Positions 47,251 through 56,224 of a stretch of 64,000 nucleotides of DNA are shown here, in pieces. The position numbers were made by a program, and so were the translations under genes. Below the pieces are notes generated by a model that was given only the letters and a program-made list of their open reading frames with translations, was not told where the DNA came from and did not search any database. Position 1 is the stretch's first letter. The number at the start of each line of letters is the position of its first letter. The DNA comes from a virus (Duplodnaviria > Caudoviricetes). The stretch covers positions 72 through 64,071 of IMG/VR virus record IMGVR_UViG_2828341930_000001; one strand, given 5' to 3'.

Positions 47251-47727
47251 ATGGGGGTGTTGATGGAAATTGAGGCTGCGGCGTCCGCCGCACAGGCGGG
47301 GCCTTGGACGGCGATCACCGCCGCACTATCGGTGCTGGCCGTGGCTGTATCCGGCCTGGCCTACCGTGTGCGCCGACGGTCATCGGATGACGATGGGGAC
47401 GATGGCCTATCCTCCCGTATCGCCGTGCTGGCTAGCAGCATCGCTGTGCTGACGGCGCGGCTGGATCGGGCTGAGCGTGACATCGCCAATGATAAACAGG
47501 GCCGCCAGGCCTTCGCCGATGCCTTTTCGGAAATCAAGGTGATGGCCGCGACACAGTCCGCGATGGCCAGGGCCATAGAGGCGCAGGAAGCGGCCATGGC
47601 GAAGGCCATAGAGGGTTTCACCGCAACCCAGGTCCGGCAGTCCGCCAACTTGGACCGGGTCCACACCCGCATTGACGATTTGCACCATGCCATCGTGGCG
47701 CAGCAACACCCGCGGCTAACCGCATGA
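47251..47727 (+). CDS. Single-TM coiled-coil protein (holin/antiholin-like)
   Basis: N-terminal TM then coiled coil; first gene of lysis cassette. Confidence 0.5.
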   Translation: MGVLMEIEAAASAAQAGPWTAITAALSVLAVAVSGLAYRVRRRSSDDDGDDGLSSRIAVLASSIAVLTARLDRAERDIANDKQGRQAFADAFSEIKVMAATQSAMARAIEAQEAAMAKAIEGFTATQVRQSANLDRVHTRIDDLHHAIVAQQHPRLTA

Positions 47728-47954
47728 CAGCCCCCATCACCCACACCACCACCGACGCCGCAGGCATCCGCCGCGTGGTCGAGGGGACGCTGTGCAGCCT
47801 GGAATGGGTCCGCCTGGTCAATGCCGACCGGGTGGAGCTGTGGGCCGGCGGCAAGCCCCTGCTGATCCTGACCGTCTCCGGCGCCTGCGAGGCCCATGCC
47901 GCGCTGGGGCGGGTCCTATCCCAACCCCATCACCAACCCCATGAGAGGTATTGA
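47724..47954 (+). CDS. Hypothetical protein
   Basis: Coupled ORF before endolysin. Confidence 0.45.
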   Translation: MTAPITHTTTDAAGIRRVVEGTLCSLEWVRLVNADRVELWAGGKPLLILTVSGACEAHAALGRVLSQPHHQPHERY

Positions 47955-48424
47955 TCATGATCCGCCGTATCAATTCCGCCGGCCTGGCGCTGCTGCGAGC
48001 CTTCGAAAGCTGCGAGCTGGAGGCTTACCGCGACGTCGCTGGGATCTGGACTATCGGTTGGGGGCACACCGGCCGCGATGTGGTGCCGGGCCTGGAAATC
48101 AATCAGCAGCGGGCGGACGCCCTGTTGCTGGGCGACCTGGACCCGGTGGAGCGGCGCCTGTCCACCCTTCGGGCACCGCTGAACGACAACCAGTTCGGCG
48201 CCTTCGCCGTTTTTCTGTTCAACGTGGGCCTGGGCGCCCTGAACGGTGAGGGCATGTCCGCCGCCCTATCCTCCCCAGATTGGGAGGTGGCGGTTCCGGT
48301 GCAAATGCTGCGCTGGAACAAGGCGACAGTGAAGGGGCAGAAAGTGGTTGTTCCCGGTCTGGCCCGCCGCCGCGAGGCTGAAGTGGCGATGTGGCAGACG
48401 CCCTGTGTTCCGGCCGCCGCCTGA
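47951..48424 (+). CDS. GH24 lysozyme endolysin
   Basis: FESCELEAYRDVAGIWTIGWGHT, FNVG, RWNKA...GLARRREAE. Confidence 0.92.
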   Translation: MIMIRRINSAGLALLRAFESCELEAYRDVAGIWTIGWGHTGRDVVPGLEINQQRADALLLGDLDPVERRLSTLRAPLNDNQFGAFAVFLFNVGLGALNGEGMSAALSSPDWEVAVPVQMLRWNKATVKGQKVVVPGLARRREAEVAMWQTPCVPAAA

Positions 48425-48485
48425 AACGCAAACCAAACAGACCGCAATCCGGGGCGCCTTGGGCGCCCTTTTTCATGGGGGTACC

Positions 48486-48941
48486 ATGGGCATCCTGCAA
48501 GAACTGCTGTCGCCAGCCTCGGGTGTCATCACGCCCGTGGTCAATAAATTGCTCGATTTCATCCCTGACCCCACGGCCAAGGCCCAAGCCGAAGCCGCCG
48601 CCTATAAGGAGGCGGCCGACCGGGCGCAACAGCTGAACCTGGCACAGCTGGACGTGAACAAGGCTGAGGCGCAGTCCGGCTCCGTCTTCGTCGCCGGGTG
48701 GCGTCCTGGGGCCGGCTGGGTTTGTGTCGGGGCCTTGGCCCTGTGCTACTGGCCCAAGGCCGTCGCCCTCACGTGGGTGTGGGTCTATCAGTCCTACATC
48801 ATGTTGGCGGCGAACCCCATGGCGGCCCCGCCCACCTTCCCTGACCTGGGCATCACCGACCTTCTGGGATTGCTGGCCAGCATGCTGGGCATGGGCGGCC
48901 TGCGCACCTTTGAAAAGCTCAAGGGCGTCCAGACGAAATGA
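48486..48941 (+). CDS. 3TM holin family protein
   Basis: LAQLDVNKAEAQSGSVFVAGWRPGAGW...MLGMGGLRTFEK. Confidence 0.85.
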   Translation: MGILQELLSPASGVITPVVNKLLDFIPDPTAKAQAEAAAYKEAADRAQQLNLAQLDVNKAEAQSGSVFVAGWRPGAGWVCVGALALCYWPKAVALTWVWVYQSYIMLAANPMAAPPTFPDLGITDLLGLLASMLGMGGLRTFEKLKGVQTK

Positions 48942-49405
48942 CCGACGCCCACTCTGGCCCCCGCGGCCTCATCACCGCTGTCCTGGGCATCCTGCCGTGG
49001 ATGGCCAGCGGCTTCATCGTTCTCCACCACCGTCTCACGAAAGGTAAAGCCATGATCGATCCCAATCCCCAACCTGCTGTTAGCGCCCCCGCCCCCATCC
49101 CCCTGGTGGGGGAAGCCGGCCCGGAGCTGGTCAGCATTCCCGCCGGCACCGTTGGCGCTCCGCCGTCCGTCCCGCCCTCTCCCGGTATCGGTGACCTGGC
49201 GGCACAGCTGGCGGCTGCTCGGGATGAGTACCGCGACGCCGTGAGCGCCGATGCCCAGGCGCGCCTTGCGGCCACAGCGGCGGCGCAAGGCAAGGCGGAT
49301 GCCTACGCCACTCTGACGGCGGCCAAGGACACCTTTGACAAGGCGGCGACCGACCTGATGGGGACCGCGACGGACGCCCTGGGTCTGGGTGTCGCGCCAA
49401 GCTGA
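48938..49405 (+). CDS. Possible spanin-like protein
   Basis: N-term TM, Pro-rich linker, helical C-terminus at end of lysis cassette. Confidence 0.4.
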   Translation: MTDAHSGPRGLITAVLGILPWMASGFIVLHHRLTKGKAMIDPNPQPAVSAPAPIPLVGEAGPELVSIPAGTVGAPPSVPPSPGIGDLAAQLAAARDEYRDAVSADAQARLAATAAAQGKADAYATLTAAKDTFDKAATDLMGTATDALGLGVAPS

Positions 49406-49429
49406 TCCCTATCCACAACGGCGCACCTC

Positions 49430-49467
49430 AAAGGGGGCGGCTCCGTCCGGGCGCCGCCCCTTTTTTT
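49430..49467 (+). terminator. Late operon terminator
   Basis: GGGGCGG.../CCGCCCC-TTTTTTT. Confidence 0.7.
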
Positions 49468-49477
49468 GCGGGGTCGT

Positions 49478-49672
49478 TCACCTCGTGGTCGCGGGGTTAC
49501 AAGTCGGGCAAGGCTGTCGGCCGCGCTCCGTCGACGTCAGATCGTCAACCCACCCGTGGTCATGGCCACAACGGTCACAAACCAACCTCACACGCCGACC
49601 GGCCATGGCCAACACCCGCAGCATGACGGTCAGCGGGCGGGCACGGTTCCGAAGGTGGGACGGAAAAGTCAT
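49478..49672 (-). CDS. Small Zn-finger-like ORF
   Basis: CDRC...CPTC. Confidence 0.35.
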   Translation of the reverse strand: MTFPSHLRNRARPLTVMLRVLAMAGRRVRLVCDRCGHDHGWVDDLTSTERGRQPCPTCNPATTR

Positions 49673-49911
49673 CGGTTCACCTTGTGGTCTAGATGCTCTA
49701 CCGATGATCAAGATCGATGCCGGCTGCTTCAAGTCCCGCTTTTACCCCTTCAAGGAAGGGTGTTGAGCCTAGCGACGTAAGTGGCGCCAGCGGCACCAAC
49801 TTGATAGGCAGCGACTACCATGTCATCCTGGATATGGGCCAGGGCGAGTGTAGTAGTGTCCTCGATGGTACTCCACCCATGAGGCTGCGTCTTAGTAGAT
49901 GGATGGGCTCA

Positions 49912-50328
49912 TCACTTAGATGATCCTGGGGGATCTTCTGATTGATGGATTATGGCCTCGCCACGATCATAAGCATTAATCACATGGTTCAACGTATATG
50001 TTGGATCATATAGAAATCGTCCTATTTGATTTCTAAGAAGTGACCATGCCCTTCTGTACCGAATTCCTCTTTCCTTTGGCTTTATGAAGCCGATAAATGA
50101 TGTAATTACAACGACAGCCCATGAAAAAAATGGAACGGTCTTTTCATCTATACCAATTTTTGCGCCAACAGCTGCGGTTGATGAACATATAATCAACATT
50201 GACCCAAGAAAATAGTGCAATGCAAACCATTGTTTGAAATATCTTAACCAGGCAGCCAGGGTATCTTCATACTGCTTCACGGCTTCTTTTCGGCCATTAT
50301 GGTCTATGTCACTGGCTCCCATAGTCAA
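49912..50328 (-). CDS. SLATT/DUF4231-like two-TM protein
   Basis: W..LHYFLG...two TMs...FIKPKERGIRYRRAW..LR; AT-rich. Confidence 0.65.
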   Translation of the reverse strand: MTMGASDIDHNGRKEAVKQYEDTLAAWLRYFKQWFALHYFLGSMLIICSSTAAVGAKIGIDEKTVPFFSWAVVVITSFIGFIKPKERGIRYRRAWSLLRNQIGRFLYDPTYTLNHVINAYDRGEAIIHQSEDPPGSSK

Positions 50329-50618
50329 CCTCCCGCATGTGTTGTTGCTTCACCCTATGATCAAAAACGCCCTGCCGGTCCAAAGGTTGATAACGATCGT
50401 ATACAACTATAGCGAGTGACAAGCGGGGCAAATGGTGAACGTGTGCCGCATCACTTCCTCGCCTTCGGGTACGGCGGATTGGTGAGGATCACCGTGCGTT
50501 CAAAGCTGGGGGCGGGCTTGGAGCGCTCGCGATGGCAACGCCCGCGCCCGGCCGTACGCGGTCGTTGGCGAAATAGGCCTCTCGCTCCCTGGTCCGGGGC
50601 TGCGGCTCTGCCAAAAGG

Positions 50619-50674
50619 GTTGGACACAAATAGCGAAATTCGCTGGAAACGCACGTGAATACTCGGTGTCCAAC
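50619..50674. repeat. Inverted 9-mers, putative integrase arm sites
   Basis: GTTGGACAC 50619-50627 and GTGTCCAAC 50666-50674. Confidence 0.55.
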
Positions 50675-50712
50675 GTCGCCGCATCGTATTGAAATAAAAC
50701 GCTTTCTATCGC

Positions 50713-50728
50713 CCTGCCGGGGTCGCCA
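50713..50728 (+). other. attR core: duplicated tRNA 3' end (tRNA-Arg-like)
   Basis: CCTGCCGGGGTCGCCA has the form T-stem 3' strand + acceptor 3' strand + CCA. Confidence 0.7.
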
Positions 50729-50758
50729 TCTCGCCCTGACGCGTCTTGTGGGAGGCAG

Positions 50759-50812
50759 CATAGTTTGGCCTTTTTCGGCCATAGTCTGCCTCGAAATGCA
50801 CCACAGTTTGGC
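50759..50812 (+). repeat. Three 11 bp direct repeats (arm-type sites)
   Basis: CATAGTTTGGC 50759, CATAGTCTGCC 50780, CACAGTTTGGC 50802. Confidence 0.6.
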
Positions 50813-50824
50813 GTCTGTCTTGTG

Positions 50825-50861
50825 AAAAAGCCCGCCACGGATAATCCGCGGCGGGCTTTTT
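50825..50861. terminator. Bidirectional intrinsic terminator
   Basis: AAAAAGCCCGCC...GGCGGGCTTTTT. Confidence 0.8.
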
Positions 50862-51005
50862 GCGTTCTAATTCCATGAGAATATTGAATTTTTCAGTCCG
50901 CAGGCCGTGGCGGCGACCACCTCCCCAGGTGGCGTAACCCCTTGCCACCTCCCCCGCCTCGCCTACCTCTTTTCCGTCACCATCGGGAGCCAGGTCACCC
51001 CCATC

Positions 51006-51783
51006 ATGAGCGCGACGGCGGCCACCACCACGGACAGTGCGGCGCGGCAGGCGGCGGAGGCCGAACTCGACCGCCAGCTCCAGCACGGCGCCCACCAGAT
51101 CGTCATGGACGCCACACGGCATCCGGTGGACCGGTCCAGCTTCCCCGTGGGCAGGCTGCCCACCGGCGTCAGCCTGGTGCAGTTCTGGCGCCTGGACGCC
51201 CCCAAGCTGCAGTTCCTGGAGTTCGAGTTCGACGCGCCCGCCGGCCGCCGGCCGCCGGGTGGACTACGGGGACGCCGTCAGCCAGCAGCTCATGACGGAG
51301 ATGCTGTCCGTCCGCCGCCTGGACGCAGGCAGCCTGTCGGCGCTCCTGTCCCGCATCCGCTCCCGCCTGCTGGCTGCCTACGGCCCCGGTAAGGGCGGCT
51401 TCATGGCGGCGATGCTCATGGCGCGGGTGAACCAAGCGGTGGAGCGGCCGGAGGATTTCCCCGCCCTGCTGAGCGACGCCGAGCTGCTCGCGGCCTACGG
51501 CATCTCCGAGAAGATGGCCAAGTCCTTCGGCCGGGGCGGCTTCGTGTTCGCTGGTGCCACCGGCGGGCCGCCTGTTGCACGTGAGGTCGCCCAGCGCATG
51601 ACCTGGTCCCTGCCGCGGTGGCTGGAGAACGTGGGCAAGGCCATGTCCAGCGAAGCCATCTTGCCTGTGGCGATGGGTATCGGCACGATCTCGTGGATCA
51701 TCTCGTCCGGGCACGACCATTTCGCCGACCGCAAGCAGACGTACAAGGAAGAGATGATCCGCCGCAACATGGCCATCCCATGA
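51006..51783 (+). pseudogene. Toxin-like protein A, frameshifted by a 7 bp tandem duplication
   Basis: 5' part in frame of ORF 50907, 3' part in frame of ORF 51037; joined product aligns end to end with 52334-53062. Confidence 0.75.
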
Positions 51784-52040
51784 CCGCCGTCGCCAAGACC
51801 TCGCCCCGCAATGCCGCCATCGCGCTCCTTTGGGTGATAGGGTTCGCCGCCTACCTGGTGGCGTTCGCCATGTTCCCCATGGACGCGGATCGCGCCTTCA
51901 GGTCGTGGAAGAACCTGTGCTTCCCGGCCGGCATCATCCTGGCGGCGGCGACCCGCCGGCGGCCCTTCGTCTCTGCGCTGTGCTGGGCGGGCTTCGGCGT
52001 TCTGGCCGTGGTCTTGGCCATGCTGACGCCGGTTCGCTGA
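51780..52040 (+). CDS. Small 3-TM protein (immunity-like 1)
   Basis: ATGA coupling; LW.IG...CFPAGII...RRPFVS motif shared with paralogs. Confidence 0.8.
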   Translation: MTAVAKTSPRNAAIALLWVIGFAAYLVAFAMFPMDADRAFRSWKNLCFPAGIILAAATRRRPFVSALCWAGFGVLAVVLAMLTPVR

Positions 52041-52051
52041 TGGTCGCGGTC

Positions 52052-52106
52052 GACCTGGAATGAACCGCAAATCCGTGAATCCCAGTTCGATTCCCGGGTC
52101 AGGTCT
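52052..52106 (+). pseudogene. Decayed tRNA-Cys(GCA) relic
   Basis: GCAAATCCGTG...CCCAGTTCGATTCCCGGGTCAGGTC; GACCTG/CAGGTC can pair; no D arm, T-stem mismatched. Confidence 0.5.
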
Positions 52107-52333
52107 TTTGCTCCAGCTGGCTTGTTGTGTTAAGCGGCCCAAAGGTTGCGCAAAACGGCGCATAATCCTGCGCGATTCGGCGCATAGGCCTGCCGTACTC
52201 GGACCTCCCGCCCCCCGGCCGCCCCCTCCCCCGTCAATTCTCGCCCACCTCCCCAGGTGGCATATCCCCTTGCCACACCCACCCTTGGTCCTACCTCCCT
52301 CTCATCACCACCGGGAGCCGGACCCGCCCCATC

Positions 52334-53062
52334 ATGGCCGCCGCCAACCCTTCCATCACCTCCGACCCCGCCGTCCAGCAGGCTGAAGCCGACCTCGATC
52401 GCCAGCTCGCCCAGGGCGCCCACCAGATCGTCATCGATGCGACGGGCCGCCGCGTCGACCGTGCCTCGTTCCCCGTCGGCCGCGTCCCTGCCGGCATGAC
52501 CCTCGTCCAGTTTTGGCGGCTGGATTTCCCCATTGCCGGCCAGTCCCTCAACTACGACGACCCGGCCGTCCAGCACCTCCTGCAGGACATGCTGTCCATC
52601 CGCCGCCTGGATGCCGGTGGGCTCACAGCCCTCCTATCTCGGATCCGTCGCACGCTGCTCGACGCCTACGGCACAGCCAAGGGCGGGTTGATGGCGGCGG
52701 CGCTCATGGCGCGGTGTCAGCAGGCCATTGAGCGGCCCGAGGACTTCCCGCCACTGCTCAGCGACGACGAGCTGCGCACCGGCTACACCGCGACCGGCCG
52801 GATCGCCAAGGGCTTCCACTACGGTGCCTGGGTCAACAACGCCGCCGCCGCGGAAAGCAACCGCGCCCGCGTCGTCGGCAGCACCTGGCTGCCAGCCTGG
52901 CTGCGGGAAACCTGCCAGGCGCTCTCTCGCGGCCCAGCAACCCCGATCAACCTGATGTTCATCTACATCGGCAAGATCCTGGGCACCGGCGAGGACTACA
53001 ACAACGCACGGCACCTGGCGTATCGTGACGAGATGAACCGCCGCCGGATGGCCATCCCATGA
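52334..53062 (+). CDS. Toxin-like protein B (paralog of A)
   Basis: 242 aa; conserved N-terminus, divergent partly hydrophobic C-terminus ending EMNRRRMAIP. Confidence 0.8.
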   Translation: MAAANPSITSDPAVQQAEADLDRQLAQGAHQIVIDATGRRVDRASFPVGRVPAGMTLVQFWRLDFPIAGQSLNYDDPAVQHLLQDMLSIRRLDAGGLTALLSRIRRTLLDAYGTAKGGLMAAALMARCQQAIERPEDFPPLLSDDELRTGYTATGRIAKGFHYGAWVNNAAAAESNRARVVGSTWLPAWLRETCQALSRGPATPINLMFIYIGKILGTGEDYNNARHLAYRDEMNRRRMAIP

Positions 53063-53331
53063 CCACGACGACCACCGAAGAGCGCCCACCGCTCCATCCC
53101 CGGACGCGGCGCGCCTACTTGGCCCTCTGGGTGCTGGGCGTTCTCGCCTTCGTGGGCGCCGCCTTCACGGACAGCCACCCGCCCACAGCCGGCCTGCGGT
53201 TCCTGGCTGATTCCCTATTCCCGGCCGGCCTACTCTTGGGCGGCATCACCTGGAAGCGGCCGTATCTCAGCGGAGCGCTGTGGCTGGCCTGCGGGCTGGC
53301 GGCGCTGGGTGTTGCCCTGGCGTTTCGGTGA
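53059..53331 (+). CDS. Small 3-TM protein (immunity-like 2)
   Basis: ATGA coupling; LFPAGLL...KRPYLS. Confidence 0.8.
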   Translation: MTTTTTEERPPLHPRTRRAYLALWVLGVLAFVGAAFTDSHPPTAGLRFLADSLFPAGLLLGGITWKRPYLSGALWLACGLAALGVALAFR

Positions 53332-53356
53332 GGGCGCGGGGCCTGGCGATACCGCG

Positions 53357-53608
53357 ATGACGGCCGAAGGCAAGCTCTCCCGGATCAGCCCGACCCTCAT
53401 CCTCTGGATCGCGGGCCTGGCCGCCTACGTCATGTCCACCGCCAGGTTCCCGGAGCACCTGGGGACCTGGGAGCAGCAGGTCTTCTACCTCCTGTTCCCA
53501 GCCGGGCTGATCTCGTCCTTCGCGGCGCGGAAGCGGCCCTGGCTGTCGGTGGGGCTGTGGTTGGTGTTCGGCTTGGTTGCCCTGGGAATGGCGTATTACG
53601 GGCGGTGA
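53357..53608 (+). CDS. Small 3-TM protein (immunity-like 3, orphan)
   Basis: LFPAGLI...KRPWLS. Confidence 0.8.
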   Translation: MTAEGKLSRISPTLILWIAGLAAYVMSTARFPEHLGTWEQQVFYLLFPAGLISSFAARKRPWLSVGLWLVFGLVALGMAYYGR

Positions 53609-53626
53609 CGTAGGTTTATTGACGCG

Positions 53627-53860
53627 ATGGCCACCGAAAAGCGCCCTCCGCTCCACCCCCAGATCGCGCGCCTGTGCGCTTTTGGGCGCCACTTTTATGA
53701 ACAGCCACCCGCCGACGGCGGGACTGCGGTTTCTGGCCAACTCCCTATTCGAGGGTTTCCTGCTCATGGGTGGCAGCACCTGGGAGCGGCGTATCTCAGC
53801 GGAGCGCTGTGGCTGGCGTGCGGGCTGGCAGCGCTGGGGTTCGCCTTAGCGTTAGGTAGG
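53627..53860 (+). pseudogene. Frameshifted copy of immunity-like 2
   Basis: RPPLHP, SHPPTAGLRFLANSLF and YLSGALWLACGLAALG spread over different frames. Confidence 0.75.
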
Positions 53861-54190
53861 TTGGAACACTCGACCGACTCCACCAATATTGCCCGCTGTG
53901 ACTGCTTGCCAGGGGTGTAGGCAATAAGGGATGTCCTCCTTTACATGTGTGTGCCCTAAATTCGACAGTGCAGTTGCTGTGGTTTGCATTTGTCCGCTTT
54001 GTGCCTCATGGTGGTCGTTGGGTAGATCAACATAGATCACCGATAGCGGACCTTGGCGATATCGCGGAAGGTCACTGGAAGCCTTCCACCAGCGATTTTT
54101 CGATCCCCCGATTGGGTTGTGGTTTGCTGGCCGCAAAAAGATAGCTTATTATTTGACATTTTAGCGCCACCAAATCTTTTCAGGTCAAAA

Positions 54191-55522
54191 ATGGCACAAC
54201 GTCCAAAAGCTCCCGCCAGAAAAACCAAACCAACTACGGACGCTGAGAGAAGAATAGACTTTAGGAGGGGCGTCCCAGAACTCCTCTACAGGCAAGCAGG
54301 TGGGCGGTGCTCTGTCCCTCGGTGCAAAAACCCTACAATGGGGCCATTTTACGAACGAGACGGCGCCGTAAACATGGGTGTTGCGTGCCATATATATAGT
54401 GCGGCTGAAGACGGGCCTCGGGGGAGGGGCGGAAAAGATGCTGATTTTATTAGCAGCGAAAAGAACGGAATATGGTGCTGCGAATACCATTCCCCACTGA
54501 TAGACAAAGCAAGAGGCTGCGACTATCCAGCAGAGGTTCTTTTTGCTTGGAAAGCCCTTATTGAAGCTCGCGTATTAAAAGAGATGAACGACTTCCCCTC
54601 TCCGCTAGGATGGGTGGATTCCATTGAATTTAGCGAATTCCCAGGATTGAAGCCTCTTCCAAAAATAACACTTTCCCGACGAACACTTATGACGGGACGA
54701 AACTGCAGCGGCAAGTCATCCCTTATGGAGGCCGCCGCATCTATTTCTCACTCAAGATATATGGACCGCTTCAGCGGAACGCGTATAAAAAATAAAGAAG
54801 GTGACTCGGAGCCGGCCACTTTCCGCGCCAAAGTGACGTACTCAACAGTTGATAGCTTAAGCAAGGAAATTGACCTAGAAATTAGGGGCATTGAACTTTC
54901 CAGACGAAACGGCACGATTCCGTATCTGTTGCCTCCAGGTGACATTGAGATCATCTACTGTTCTGAGTCCGACACGAGAAAGCTCGATCACGAAGACGAT
55001 ATTGATTTTTTGATGCGAACTCTGAATGTTGATAAGAGTGCCCTTTTTGCTCTTGCGAAAATTGGGGCCGGGCCGCTCTTTCCTGGTGACATTGCCTTTG
55101 TACATGCGACGGAATCAGACGACGACACCGAAGAAGAACGCCCAAAATTCAAAACAGACGGCTCTCCATATTTCGAACTAATGTTCAAGAGACGTGGATC
55201 ACAATGGCCTCCGCGCCCGTTTGACAACCTTTCAGGTAGCGAGAGAGGTAGCCTAATACTTGACCTCATTATACTCAAGGCCCGTGAGGTCAGCAAAGAA
55301 CGATTAACTCTCCTTCTTATTGAAAGCTTATCTGTGACTTTTGATCGAGGAAATTTTGAGGCACTGCTGAGGGCGCTTTCATCTGAGGACTTTCAGGTTA
55401 TCGTGCTCTTACCACCAGCAAGAGAGAATGATATTCTAGAGATGGGCGCGACAAAGCCTGTACTTCGCAAGCTAGATTATTTGGATTCTTGGCAACTTTC
55501 CGTAATAGGGGCGGAGGACTGA
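54191..55522 (+). CDS. HNH endonuclease fused to ABC-type ATPase-like domain
   Basis: CSVPRC...ACHIYSA..GPRG...NGIWCCEYH..ID; GRNCSGKS; LSGSE. Confidence 0.8.
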   Translation: MAQRPKAPARKTKPTTDAERRIDFRRGVPELLYRQAGGRCSVPRCKNPTMGPFYERDGAVNMGVACHIYSAAEDGPRGRGGKDADFISSEKNGIWCCEYHSPLIDKARGCDYPAEVLFAWKALIEARVLKEMNDFPSPLGWVDSIEFSEFPGLKPLPKITLSRRTLMTGRNCSGKSSLMEAAASISHSRYMDRFSGTRIKNKEGDSEPATFRAKVTYSTVDSLSKEIDLEIRGIELSRRNGTIPYLLPPGDIEIIYCSESDTRKLDHEDDIDFLMRTLNVDKSALFALAKIGAGPLFPGDIAFVHATESDDDTEEERPKFKTDGSPYFELMFKRRGSQWPPRPFDNLSGSERGSLILDLIILKAREVSKERLTLLLIESLSVTFDRGNFEALLRALSSEDFQVIVLLPPARENDILEMGATKPVLRKLDYLDSWQLSVIGAED

Positions 55523-55689
55523 GAACGCCTTCCTTTGGACAATTGCAGCTCAGGCGGAGAGGGCTTGGACAGAAGCTCCCTTCTACCGAACGAAGGCCAC
55601 CGCAAGATCGACAGCTATTGCGTGGACTCCGCCGCCTCGCAGCCCTGAGTCGTCGGTTGGGGTGCTGGTTCGGGATACGGGGGATACGG

Positions 55690-56210
55690 TGTCACTGGAT
55701 GTCAGGGCGCAGGATCTGCTGGCCGACACCGTCATCGTCAGCGACTACGCTGGACAGTTCCACGTCGGGCGCCATGCCTTGTGCTGGGTCCATGCCGAGC
55801 GCCTGGTCCACAAGCTCGACACCTTCACCGATCATCATCGCGCCGCCCAGCAGCGCATCCGCAGCCTGATCTGGTGGTTCTACGCCGACCTCAAGGCCTA
55901 TCGCCACGATCCGACGCCGGCGCGAAAGGCCGCCTTGCGTGCCCGCTTCGACCGCATCTTCAAACGCAAGACCGGCTTCGCCACCCTCGACAGGCTGCTC
56001 GCCCGCCTCCACGCCAACAAGCCGGAATTGCTGATGGTCCTCGACCAGCCCGATATCCCGCTTCACACCAACGGCTCGGAAAACGACATCCGCTGCCAGG
56101 TCACCAAGCGCAAGATCAGCGGCGGCACCCGCAGCGACACAGGCCGCCAATGCCGCGACGCCTTCCTCGGCCTGGCCAAGACATGCGCAAAACTCGGGCT
56201 CTCCTTCTGA
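55690..56210 (+). pseudogene. tnpC: IS66 transposase C-terminal fragment
   Basis: VSDYAGQF...HALCWVHAER...TNGSENDIR...KRKISGGTRS. Confidence 0.85.
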
Positions 56211-56224
56211 GACTATCTCGGCAA

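Larger units (their letters stand above)
1..50728. mobile_element. Lambda-like temperate prophage (left end just outside window)
   Basis: Continuous int-xis-early-immunity-replication-head-tail-lysis gene order ending at a tRNA 3'-end-like attR. Confidence 0.92.

Noticed and set aside
52052-52106. Functional tRNA-Cys gene
   Set aside because: No D arm, mismatched T stem and no CCA; kept only as a relic.
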